Of a stretch of DNA of 64,000 nt, positions 9,300-19,900 are shown piece by piece. A program made the translations under genes and the position numbers. The notes under the pieces are model-generated. The model had not been told where the DNA came from and did not search any database. It saw only the letters and a list, made by a program, of their open reading frames with translations. The stretch's first letter is position 1, and each line of letters begins with the position of its first letter. Source of the stretch: Candidatus Omnitrophota bacterium (GTDB lineage: Bacteria; Omnitrophota; Gorgyraeia; 1-14-0-20-64-10); the NCBI GenBank assembly GCA_016177405.1, contig JACOVG010000021.1:14434-78433 (forward strand). The letters are read 5' to 3'.

Positions 9300-9973
9300 A
9301 AACGAGATTGCTTCGGGCCCTTGGGGCCCTCGCAATGACGACCACTTTTCTTTCGCCCCTCACCCTTGACCCTTCATCCGCTTACGCCTCGGTCAAGCAG
9401 GAGGTGTACGTCAGCGGGACGGTGGAGTCCTTCGGCGGCTACACCTTCACCGAGTCGCTCACCTTCACCGTGGACAAGCCCGGCTCCCGGGAGATCGGCG
9501 CCATCACCATGGAAGGCGTCTACAACGGGGAATACCCCTGGATCCTTCGGGCCTACACCGACAACTTCCACTACACCGGAATCGGGGGCGCCAGCCGCCC
9601 GGCGAGCGCCGCGGGGCTCGTGTCCAAGGACGGCCGCTTCGCGATCCCACTGGAGGTTCACTCTCCCCTGTACGACGAGGGGATCTGGCGCCGGGTCCCG
9701 GATCTAAGCGATCCGGATCCCATCCCCTACCAACCCGAGCCGGATCTGCGGCCGACGGTCTACACCGACTGCGTTCTGATGGGGATAGACCCCCGGAACG
9801 GCGCCTGGGTGGCGGGCCCGGACGGGGTGCTCTTCACCGCCGACGACTCGCTGCTGGGCGACTTCACCGCCAAGACCCCCTGCGAGATCCTGGTCCGGGC
9901 CAACGCCGACGCCGCCGCGGCCGCCGGCGAATATGAAACCTTCCTTTATCTCGAGATCGTCCCCGCCCCGTGA
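9290..9973 (+). CDS. Exported hypothetical protein, pilin/WxL-like beta-sandwich; paralog of 10881-11912 C-domain
   Basis: Signal peptide; YTDN..Y.G...AGLVS.DGRFAIPL and W.R.PDLS shared with the 10881 protein; C-terminal GEY...L.LEI. Confidence 0.6.
   Translation: MDIKTRLLRALGALAMTTTFLSPLTLDPSSAYASVKQEVYVSGTVESFGGYTFTESLTFTVDKPGSREIGAITMEGVYNGEYPWILRAYTDNFHYTGIGGASRPASAAGLVSKDGRFAIPLEVHSPLYDEGIWRRVPDLSDPDPIPYQPEPDLRPTVYTDCVLMGIDPRNGAWVAGPDGVLFTADDSLLGDFTAKTPCEILVRANADAAAAAGEYETFLYLEIVPAP
9304..9339 (+). repeat. REP/RPE-like palindromic element in signal peptide
   Basis: GAGATTGCTTCG-ggcccttggggcc-CTCGCAATGAC; encodes RLLRALGALAMT. Confidence 0.9.
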
Positions 9974-10884
9974 AAAACCGGTGGTCATCGCGAGGCCCGG
10001 AGGGCCGTGGCGATCTCGCTTTAAAAACGGGATTGCTTCGTCCGCCAAAAATCATTGGCGGACTCGCAATGACGTTTTTATTTCTCACGACTGCCTTGGC
10101 GGTGGAGGTCAGCCCCACCCGGCTCGAGCAGGCCATCTCCGCCGACCAGCCGACCCTGGGGACCTTGGAAATCTCCAATCCCTCCTCCCGGGCGGCCCGC
10201 GTCCAGATCCAAACCGGGCCCTACCGCTACCTCGAGCCCAAGTTCAGGCTCCCCTCGGCCGAAGATTGGTTTCAATTCGAGCCGGCCGCCTTCAGCCTGG
10301 CCCCCGGAGCGTCGCTTACGGTTTCGTACACGATCACCCCGGCGGCCAACGTCCGGGACGACGCGGCCGCCGAGTACCTGGCCGCAATCCTGGTGGACCA
10401 GCTGCCGGAAGAGCCCAACGTCATTGCGAGGAGCAACAGCGACGAAGCAATCTCGCAAGCCTCGCCACAGAACGTTGGCGGGCAAGCCAAGGTCACCTTC
10501 GTGCCCCGCTTCGCCGTGCCGGTTTACCTCACCCTTCCGGAACGGGAGAAAAAGGAGCTGGAGCTTGCGGGGCTCACCGTCCGGGTCGGAGAATCGCCGG
10601 ACCTCTTGAGGTTCGGCGTCGCGCTTAAAAACACCGGCACGGTTCACCTTCGGCCAGCGGGCTCTTTGGTGATCCTCTCCGAGGCGGGGACAGCCGTCGA
10701 ATCCAGAACCCTGGGCAGATCCCTCCCCATCCTTCCGGGCGCCACCCTGGAGCTCCCGGCCCTGGTTCCCATGCCCGGGAGCGCGGGCCGGTACCGGGCC
10801 GCCGTCACGGTCCAAGCCGACGAAGCTCTCCTTCTGCAAAAAGAGATCGGCTTCGAGGTGACGCCCGAGGGGGCCGTGAAGTGA
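9970..10884 (+). CDS. Exported two-Ig-domain protein, pilus chaperone (PapD)/DUF916-like
   Basis: AVEVSPTRLE, LEISNPS, F.LAPGAS..V, EYLAAILV, LKNTGTVHL, PILPG, GRYRA. Confidence 0.6.
   Translation: MKNRWSSRGPEGRGDLALKTGLLRPPKIIGGLAMTFLFLTTALAVEVSPTRLEQAISADQPTLGTLEISNPSSRAARVQIQTGPYRYLEPKFRLPSAEDWFQFEPAAFSLAPGASLTVSYTITPAANVRDDAAAEYLAAILVDQLPEEPNVIARSNSDEAISQASPQNVGGQAKVTFVPRFAVPVYLTLPEREKKELELAGLTVRVGESPDLLRFGVALKNTGTVHLRPAGSLVILSEAGTAVESRTLGRSLPILPGATLELPALVPMPGSAGRYRAAVTVQADEALLLQKEIGFEVTPEGAVK
9984..10073. repeat. Inverted pair of REP/RPE-like elements at gene 5' end
   Basis: GTCATCGCGAG...GGCGATCTC (9984-10017) followed by GGGATTGCTTCG...CTCGCAATGAC (10029-10073). Confidence 0.88.
10420..10454. 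repeat. In-frame intragenic REP/RPE-like element
   Basis: GTCATTGCGAGGAGCAACAGCGACGAAGCAATCTC; encodes VIARSNSDEAIS in the mature protein. Confidence 0.88.
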
Positions 10885-11912
10885 AAAAAATGAGATTGCT
10901 TCGTTCGCCAAAGTTCATTGGCGGACTCGCAATGACGTTTTTATTTCTCCCCCCGGCTTTCGCCCAGAAGGCCCTGCGGATCGGGTCGGTCTCTTACGAT
11001 CAGCACGTCCACTCCACCGAGCTGATTAAGTTCACCGTGGCCGTCAAGAACAATGAGGCGACCACCCAGTTTGCCGAGGTGGACATCACCTTGACCAACG
11101 TGGAGACCGAGCAGGAGCTCACCCTGGTGCCCGTGCTCACCGGGAATGTCCTGGCCGGCCAGGAGTCTGTCCTGGTCACCACTTACCAGAACATCCCTGA
11201 CGGCACCTACACAGTCAGCTTTCCCCTTTTTGACGGCGACGGTGTCCGGGTGGACCGGGTCACCGGGTCCACCCCCATCCACATCGGCACCGAAACCGAA
11301 ACCCTGCAGGTCTTTCCGGAGGTGATTCATTTGGGAACCCTGCCGCCGGGCCGCGCGATGTTCCCGACGCCCATCGAGGTGCGCTGGGCTTTCTACCGGT
11401 TCAACCGTTTAAGACTCGATCAGCCCTTCTACATCCGGATTTACTCCGACAACGCCGCCCGCTACCGCGGCGTCCGGGGCGCCCTGCGGCGCAACTCGCC
11501 GGCCGGCCTGGTCTCCGCGGATGGGCGCTTTGCCATTCCGCTGAAGCTCTGGAACCTGAACTACGGCCCGGACATGCAGGAGGGGGGCTGGGACGCCGCC
11601 CTGGCCGGGCCGCCGCCTGTGGACGACGACGCCTTCTGGATCGGCCCGGAGCTTCTGGAGGGGGGCCGCAACCTCGGCTCGGCCAACTGGGTGAGGATCC
11701 CGGATCTTTCGGAGATGACCTCGGACCCGGTGAGCTGGCGGCGGCTGATCGGCCAGGACCCGTTCGACAACCGGTATGTCTCCGACTCCAATCAAACCGG
11801 AGACTTCACCCTAAAGAGCCCCTTCACCCTTTATCTGGCCGCCGAGGCGGGACCCACCGCCGTGGAAGGGGCCTACACCGCCAACCTCGTGGTGGAGCTG
11901 TGGGACCCGTAG
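10881..11912 (+). CDS. Exported Ig-like + pilin/WxL-like domain protein
   Basis: Signal peptide ..AFA; N-terminal Ig-like domain; C-domain paralogous to the 9290 protein, ends GAYTANLVVELWDP. Confidence 0.6.
   Translation: MKKMRLLRSPKFIGGLAMTFLFLPPAFAQKALRIGSVSYDQHVHSTELIKFTVAVKNNEATTQFAEVDITLTNVETEQELTLVPVLTGNVLAGQESVLVTTYQNIPDGTYTVSFPLFDGDGVRVDRVTGSTPIHIGTETETLQVFPEVIHLGTLPPGRAMFPTPIEVRWAFYRFNRLRLDQPFYIRIYSDNAARYRGVRGALRRNSPAGLVSADGRFAIPLKLWNLNYGPDMQEGGWDAALAGPPPVDDDAFWIGPELLEGGRNLGSANWVRIPDLSEMTSDPVSWRRLIGQDPFDNRYVSDSNQTGDFTLKSPFTLYLAAEAGPTAVEGAYTANLVVELWDP
10892..10936 (+). repeat. REP/RPE-like palindromic element in signal peptide
   Basis: GAGATTGCTTCG-ttcgccaaagttcattggcgga-CTCGCAATGAC; encodes RLLRSPKFIGGLAMT. 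Confidence 0.9.
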
Positions 11913-11914
11913 GC

Positions 11915-11976
11915 GTCATGGCGAGGCGCAGCCGAAGCCATCTCGTTTTTGGATTGCTTGGGGCCCTTGCAATGAC
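11915..11976. repeat. Inverted pair of REP/RPE-like elements supplying start codon and signal peptide
   Basis: GTCATGGCGAG...GAAGCCATCTC (contains ATG 11918) then GGATTGCTT...CTTGCAATGAC. Confidence 0.85.
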
Positions 11977-13906
11977 GGCGGGTCTGCTCACGACCGCTTC
12001 TGCGCAGGAGATCACGAGTCAGGAAACCCTTTCCCTGGGACGGGCCGACCAGCTTCTCCGCCAGAAGGCGTTCGATCAGGCCATGGAAGAGCTGGGGCGC
12101 CTGCCCAAGGAGTTCCACGAGGATCCGCTCTTCCGAGGCCATCTGGGCCGGGCCGCGGGCGCCCTTTACCGGACCGCCCGGAGAAGAACCTACCGGGAGG
12201 GGCTGGCCCCTTTTCGCGGGCGGGCGGCGGCCAGCGTCCGGGTGACCCACCGTAAGCAGGACTCCGGCCGGAATTCCGACCAGACCTCGGACAACCGCGG
12301 CTGGCAGATCAACGAGCGGCTGGAGACCACGTTGGGGCGGGAGGGCAGGATTAACGCCCGTTTTCTCCAGGAGGCGGACGGTTTCAAGAACGGCCACCGG
12401 GATCTTCGCTACCGCACGCTCCTGGTCGATTTCTTCAACGGTTCCTCCCACCTGGCCCTGGGAGATTCCGCCAGCTATGGCAGCCCCTACTTCCTGCGGG
12501 GCTCCCGGCTCCGGGGGGCCGACCTCCTTTTGCGCGGCGAAACCCACGAGCTTCAGTTGGTGGCCGGCGGCTACCCCTTCTGGCTGGAGTCCCGGGACGA
12601 GTACATTTATCCTCGGACCGTCTGGGGCTTCCGGGACAAATGGAATCTGATGGGAGAGCGCGTGAGCCTGGGGGCCGGCCTCATGCAGGCCAGAGATTCC
12701 GAGAAGATCCGGACGATCGACACGGCCAACCGCCCCCGGGACAATGTCGTCTACTCCCTGGAGCAGGCCGTGAGACTCGTCCCCGACGTCTGGTGGCTCA
12801 AGGCCTACGAGGCCTACAGCGTCACCGACGACGACCTCCTTGAGGAGCGCTTCGGAAACGCCCGGAAGCTCAAGGACACCGCCTTCCGGCTGGAGTCGGA
12901 CCTGATCCAGCCCTTTTTGAGATGGAGAAGCCGCTACGAACGGACCGGCCCTGAATTCCGGCTCCTCACCGATATCCCCTCCGGCTCGGTGGTGAACGCC
13001 AAAGGGATCACGGCCGACCGGGAATTCATTCAGCAATATCTGGATCTCGCCCCGCTGGGTCCGCTGGACCTGGACCTGGAGGCGAGCTGGTACCGCAACA
13101 GCCTGGACGGGCGGGACAACGTGGAGCAGACCCGCCAGCGGTGGGCCACGGTGGAGGCCGGCTTCCTGGTGCCCGAGGGCTGGCCCAAACCCAGGGTCCG
13201 CGGCACCGCCACCGAAACCCTCTCAAGCCCCGGTTCCGCCACCCGGGCCTCGCAAACCAGAACCTTTGATGTAAGAACCGATCTCACCCATCGCCTGGGG
13301 GACTGGTCCCTAAACGGCTTCGGCACCTTCAAGGCGGAGCACCCCCTCAAGGACAAAACCGCCTTTGACGAGCAAACCTCCTGGTCGGCCGGCTCCCAGA
13401 TTTCGCGCCCGCTGGGAAAACGCCTCTACTGGACGAGCCGCTACGAATTCCGTTTCTTCGATGAGGTCTTCGATGAGACGCGGATCCGGGACCACAGCGA
13501 CGAGATCAACAACAACCTCTCGGTCCGCCTCTGGAGCACCGCCTCGCTGGGGCTTCACCACAGCTTTCTCCGGGGAATGCTTCGGGGAACCGCCAGCGCC
13601 AAGAAGATCGAGGCCAACCGCCACACCGGAAGCGCCTCCCTCTCCTGGCCGTACGTCTGGACCAGGGCGGACAAGCGCCGCCGGCTGACCATTCACCCTT
13701 CGCTCGCCTACTACGTCAGCAACGTCACCAACAGCCTGGAAAGGCGGCCCATGGCCAGCGGCGGGCTCCGGCTGGCCTACGAGGCCTACCCGGACTGGAA
13801 GCTGGAGTTAAACGGCAATTTCCGCTGGGACGATGACGGCGAGGCCGACGAGGTCCGCACCGAGGAATCCCGCGTCTGGCTTTCCTTCACCACCCTCTGG
13901 CCGTAA
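11918..13906 (+). CDS. Putative outer-membrane beta-barrel protein
   Basis: Signal peptide (ASA|QE); many amphipathic beta strands, LALGD, RLRGA, YERTGPEF; aromatic C-terminal strand WLSFTTLW. Confidence 0.65.
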   Translation: MARRSRSHLVFGLLGALAMTAGLLTTASAQEITSQETLSLGRADQLLRQKAFDQAMEELGRLPKEFHEDPLFRGHLGRAAGALYRTARRRTYREGLAPFRGRAAASVRVTHRKQDSGRNSDQTSDNRGWQINERLETTLGREGRINARFLQEADGFKNGHRDLRYRTLLVDFFNGSSHLALGDSASYGSPYFLRGSRLRGADLLLRGETHELQLVAGGYPFWLESRDEYIYPRTVWGFRDKWNLMGERVSLGAGLMQARDSEKIRTIDTANRPRDNVVYSLEQAVRLVPDVWWLKAYEAYSVTDDDLLEERFGNARKLKDTAFRLESDLIQPFLRWRSRYERTGPEFRLLTDIPSGSVVNAKGITADREFIQQYLDLAPLGPLDLDLEASWYRNSLDGRDNVEQTRQRWATVEAGFLVPEGWPKPRVRGTATETLSSPGSATRASQTRTFDVRTDLTHRLGDWSLNGFGTFKAEHPLKDKTAFDEQTSWSAGSQISRPLGKRLYWTSRYEFRFFDEVFDETRIRDHSDEINNNLSVRLWSTASLGLHHSFLRGMLRGTASAKKIEANRHTGSASLSWPYVWTRADKRRRLTIHPSLAYYVSNVTNSLERRPMASGGLRLAYEAYPDWKLELNGNFRWDDDGEADEVRTEESRVWLSFTTLWP

Positions 13907-13910
13907 CGTC

Positions 13911-16900
13911 TTACGCGGCGGTGCGCAGGGGTTCGATCTCTTCGAGGATTCTTTCCGGGGTAAGGCCGCGGACGCCGAGTTCCTTAAGGGCGGCCAGGTA
14001 CCACTCGATCCAATTCTGATCCACTTCTCGAATCACAAAGTCAGGCGAGGGAAGCTGGACGCGCGCCATGGCCTCGTTGAGCGCTCTCCGGTGATCGGCC
14101 TCATCGCCGGGAAGGTAAACGTAGGTTACCGCTTCCAGGAGGCGCCGGGCCAGAGGATCGGAAAGCCGCGCTTGGGCCTGGGCCAGCTCCTGGGCCGTGG
14201 CCACCCCGGCCGCCCGGATAGGAAGCTCCTGCTCGCCTAGTCGAAGCTGAACCGCCAGCCGCAGAAGCTCCAGCACCCGCGCATCCCCCTTCCCCGTATC
14301 CACCACAAACCTCATCGGTTTCGTCACCGGTTCGGCAACCGGCGCCTGAACCCCCACCGGCTTCTCCTCCAGGCCGGATTCGTAACCGATCAGGGGATAA
14401 ACTAGAAGGGCAGCATTGAGGGGCCTAAAGGGCCGCTCCACCCCCTTGCCTCCTGCCGGCTGAGGGCGACGAGGAGAAGAACGGAGGTTGGTGCCGTCCC
14501 ACTGGTTTACATCTTGGCTGCCGCCAAGAAGCAAAGCGTCTCTGGCGCCCAACTCCTTAAGAAGAGAAGCCAACTGATGTACCGTTACGCCAGAAAGCCG
14601 CTCGCCCATTCTTTCTCCAAACATCGAAAGGAAGATAAGTTTCCCCGCGGGGTCAATCCCAATGGCAGAGAAGGAAGCCTGCGTCGTCTTGGGATTCCAT
14701 CCCACTCGGTCAGGCCGCCAGTCCAGTCCAAGAGGACGGCCTCGTTCATCACGCTTTATAACCTCAGCTTCCTCGATCTGATCCGCCACAAGCTCTCCAT
14801 TTCGAAGCAGTGCCGGGCCGGAAATCGCATGAGAGATACCGCCTGTAACGAGCTGATTATTCTTGATCTCAACGGTCTCAAGGCCCAGGCGCTCTAATGG
14901 CGCTAACACAAATACGGTAAAGCGGCCATCCAGGGGGCGATATTCACTTTGAAAGAGACCCCTCTTCTTATCCGTCTTTCGAATCAGTCGGCCATCTACA
15001 ATCAGAAGCCCAAGCGGCTGCCAGAAGTTGGATTGGAAGCTGTTGGAAGCGTAGATGAGGCGCGGGGCTTGTTCTTCTTCGGCTGATCCTCTGCCTTCCT
15101 CAATAATCTCTTGGAAATGCCGGCCAGGCAGCTGATCGTCGGAAAGGGCGGGATCCCCCAGCATCTGCGGGAGTGTATCTCCCGGCAAATCTTGATCTAG
15201 AATTTCGGGGTTAAACCAGGAGACCACCTGAACCTGGCGCGAATCGACTAAGAAAACCTGACCGCTGGCTTGCTGGGTTCCGGTTCTCAAAGTCACTGAT
15301 CGAATGGCACCGATTCCGCTGGGGTCAGATTTGGGGTCCCCCACAACGAACTCCTCCAGGCCAGCGGAGGGAGGTCCTTGATTCTTCGGAGGGCTCGAGA
15401 GAGGAGGCATCTTCTCGAGAAAGGAAAGGGCCACCCAGCCGCTCATCCCTTGCAGCCGAGCTCGTTTGCCCTGGACATCCACCTCTTCCACAACCCACTC
15501 TCGAAGTCGGCGATCATGAACACGATCGCCCGCTTGGATCGGCAGCTCGGCGGGCGGGGAGGGTTTCGTGTCCGCCGCGGTTCCCCCCAATTGAAAGTGA
15601 GCATCGGCCCTGCGAATCGCCTCCCCTAAGGAGGCAGAGGTCCTGTCCGATACTGCCTGGTTGAGGTATTCGACGGCTGCTGCAAGAGCCCGCTCCTGGG
15701 AAGGGCTTCCTTCTCTGACGGCCATCTTGAAGCCCGCCGCGTAGGCCAGGCCGCCCAGGGCCGAACCGGTGAGATCGCCCAGAGAACCCTCCTGAACCTC
15801 CGTGTCTCCTCTTTCCGGCGCACGCAACATCTCGGCTCGGACGCTTGAGATGATCCGCTCAAGCTGGTTGGCGCGCTGTTCGGCGGAGAATTCTTTTTCT
15901 CCTATCTCGCGGCCCTCCGCGAAGACCCTCATCTTTGCCAGCAGCCAGGGAAAAATGATGGGCAGCCCATAAGGACCGCGCAACGTCTTTTCTTCCTGGA
16001 AGGCACCGCTTCGAACAAAGAGGAGCATCTCCATGGCTCCGGCAAACCAATCCGCTGCCTTGCCTTTATCCGCCTGCAGGATTCTGGCAATCTCCCTGCC
16101 GTATGCGGCCGCCATTCGATCCACAGGGAGGGCATTCGCCACCCAGACAGACCAAGCCGCCTCTCCGGGTCCCAATCTCTTCCTGCGAGAGCCCATTCCG
16201 TCTGCCGTGAGAAACTGCCTGGACTTCACCGCAAGTTCCTGAATCAGACGTCCTTGTTCTGCTTCTGATGGCTGCCCTTCCTTCCAGGCCTCTTCAATCG
16301 CGGGTAGGTTCATCTCGGCATAAGCGGCCAACCCTAAGGGGCGGGGCTCCGAATCAATCAGGCCGTTGGCAAGAGCCCTCCTTTGGACGGTTCCCGCTTC
16401 ATCGCCGGGAAACAGGGCAGCCAAGACCCACTCCCGGGTTTCGCGAAGCGATCCCTTTTCCTCTTCCGTAAAACCCTCGCTTGCCGCCTGGAAGAGCACC
16501 GCCAGCAACTGGGGGCTTATCCCCAGGGATTCTATGCCATGCTGCAGATACCACCGCCGAACCAAGGCCGCCTCCCTTATTCCCTCCTGTACAGCCCTTC
16601 GGCAAGCCTGGGAAAACTTCGGGTGGTGGGTCTTCACGTATTCCAACCAAGCTTGATCCGCCTGCCGAAGGCGGCCGTGAAAGGCCCTGCCGGTCCTCAT
16701 CGCCCTCTCGCTGAAATAGGCGCCCGACAGAGAAGCTCTTCCCGTCACGACCTGCTCATCGCGCTGGGGGCTGACCTCAAACGCCTCGCGCATCTTCGTA
16801 ACAAGCTCAGTCAGCATGCGCCGGTAGGCAAGCGCCTCTCGGCCATGGCCCGCGGCGTAGCGCGCCAAAGAGGCCGTATCTCCCATAAAAACCGCGTACG

Positions 16901-19900
16901 ACTCCTCCAATTCAATAAGCTTTTCCAGCAAGAGGGCGACTACCAGGGGATGGGTTTTCGAAAAGAGCTCTTTAAGAAAGGCCTCCCGGTAGTAGGTGTA
17001 GGATTGGATCAGCGCCTGGCGGTCAGGCAACCGGATGGCACCGGACGGCACCGCTCCTCCCTCTTCTGCCGCACGCGCAAGACGCATCCTCCCCAAGGTC
17101 TCCAGGACGCCAGCGGCCATCTGGCCCATCATCTGCACCGAAGGGCTCTCTCGGAGCACCTCGGGATGTGACGTAAAGCGCTTCCAATTCTCTGCTCTCG
17201 TCAGGAAAATCCGCTGAAGCGCTTCGGAGGCCTTGATGTTTTGGGGGGTAACGCCGGTGTGGGATACCTGGGCCTCTTGCTGTAACTTCGGAATACGGGC
17301 CTGCTCTATGGCATCGCGAACATAGATGGCCAACAGCATGCGTATAACCGCCAGGGGACCCCCTTCACCCTGAAGCCGTTCGGTCTGATCAAGAATTTGA
17401 AGCGCCTGCTCGTTGGGTAGCCTGCCCACCATCCTGCCGAAAGCCCACAGGAGGCGATCCGTGCCGTCGTGCATCATGGACAGCAGGAGATCATCCAGCA
17501 AGATCGCCCTGACCGATTCCGCTGGAGGATCTTTGCCGAGGAAGACCTCGGACACAAATCGCTGGATCTCCGGATCGTCGACCATCCACGACAAACCCTC
17601 CAGAAATAAAACCCTTTGGAATGAAGCCGCCTGGGAGAGCTCTTCGGACGTTTTCTTCATTCGCTGGTTCGGCTCTTTCACGGTGCGAATCTCCCTTAAA
17701 AGGGATTGCGTCTCGGCATCTACCATCGCATTCGCGTACAGCTCAAAGGGGAGAACCCCCAGCCCGTATTGAAGCCCCCTGGAGAGGACGTAAAGCCGGT
17801 TGGCAGCCGCGGCTCGTTCCCCGGCATGGTGGCGCATGGCCATCGCCGTCTCCGAAGTCCGGCCCATCGAAAGCACCTCCCCAGCCACTCCATGAATCTC
17901 GATAAGCTTTTCCAATTTCCGAAAACGGGCAAAGGAAGCGAGGTCGCCCTCTAATGCCTCCGTGAGAGACTGCTGTACCTCTGTGCAATAGCGAACCACC
18001 TCGGCAATGGTCTCTATGGCCCGCTGGACCTTCTCTTGGAGCTCTTCCTTTTTGAGCCGGCCCTCCTCTGCGGCCAAAATGGTTTCCATGATCTGGGCTC
18101 TCAAGCGGGCCACATAGGAATCGTTTCTAAGGGCGCTCACGACGCCATCGTAAAGATCGCCAAGCCCGCTCCAGATGCGCACCCTTTCTTGATACAGCGC
18201 CTCTATCTTGAGGTAGTGGGAGGGTTCGATGGGCCCTCGCTTGGCTTCGAGCTCGCGAATCTGGGACTCCTTGACTCCATCAAGAAGATAGGCCAAGAGC
18301 AACTGCCCGTGAGCTTTCCATGGAACTCCTCCTGAAAGGCGCAGCGCCGCTTTCACCGCGGCATGAACCCGAATACCGTCCTGGACTGGAAGGTCCCGAA
18401 CCGCAAGGGCCAGGGAGGACAAGGCCTCATCGGAGTGTTCCTCCTGGGAGGAACTCAACACCGCATGGAGGATGGCGTCTCTCAACAGCTCCGCCTGTGG
18501 TGTCCCTGCAAGAAAAATATCTACCAGCCACGCCTGCACCTCTGGGTGTTCTCTTACCCAAAACAGCGCCTTAAGAAAAGCGGCCCGCTGGCTCTCATCG
18601 AAGGTCGGCAGACGCCTCTCCGTTAAATCCAGTCTGCGGTTCGCGTCTTTCTCTGCAACCAAATCCCCAATCAACTCCTTGACCCTCTCATCCCATGGAG
18701 CGCTCCCTGATCCCTCCTCCTGCTCCTCCAGGCCGGAGGGGGGAGACGGCGTTGGCGCGTGACGGATGAGGACCCGAGAGAGCTTTCTGACCAATTGATC
18801 CCGCGTTACCTTATTCTTGGGATCCGGATTTACCAAGTTCTTCCATCTAAAAGTAGACCGTTCCTTCTGAAGACGGAAATCATCCTCGTCTTTTTCCATT
18901 CTAAGGGTGAGGAAATGATCCCCTAACAGCCCCCCCAAACTCAACTCCCCTTGAGCATTTCGGATTCCCCGGCCTTTCCTTGCCTCCATCACCCACCCCG
19001 AACGGAGCTCAACCCCCTCTTTTTTTAAGCCATTGATGCCGGCCACAAAATCCTTGGGCCTCCTGCTGTCAATCACGATATCCCCAATATGAAGCCGAAG
19101 TTTTCGTTCAACGGGAAGCAAGGGAAACCAGGGTTTTTGCTCAACGATTTCGACCTTAACCTGGGGGATCTCCACACTCGGTGAGGGCGGCTGCGGCGGC
19201 GCTGCAGGCTTGGCCACCGGCGCTGGGGGTTTAAGGAGTGCCGCTTTGGGGATGTGCCTCGGTGTAACTTGTTGACCTTCGCTCGCCTTCTTGTACCAAA
19301 CCCAGTGTGTTGAAAGAAATTCAAACACCTCTTGGGCACTCTGTTGGTCCAGGATTTCCTTTTCTTGCCTGATGTGTGTCAGCCAATCCCACGCCGAGAT
19401 GGCAGCCTGCTCATGATCTGAGTTAGGCGCGGGCGGCGCTGCCGCCGCCACCCTTAAGCTCATCTCGGTGGCTTTCGCGTGCACATACTCCAAGAGCGGT
19501 ATCCAGCCGTCCACACGGTACCGCTTCCCCTCCTCCAGGCCGGATAAAAATTCTCTGGCAAAATCCCGAAGCTGTTCCGGCGTTACGCTGACTTCCCGGA
19601 GCATCTTCTGGGCATCGTCGGTTTTCATCGCTTGGTAGGTTTTTTCATTTCCTGTTATGATGACTCCTCCCATCTCGATGGACGCAATGCCGATTCCATC
19701 CAAATGCCTTTCCTTAGCCCACGAGGAGGCATAACTCACCCTGGGAAATATGAAGATTCTGGCCGCCCCTTCCTTTGGCCCACGGGCGAAAAGGACGTTG
19801 TAACCCAGCATTTCCCTCCTCGCAATTCTCCCGTCCAAAAGTCTCAAAAACCGATTCCCGGCATCTGCCAAATCATCTCGCAAAGAGCCTTCCAGCACCA

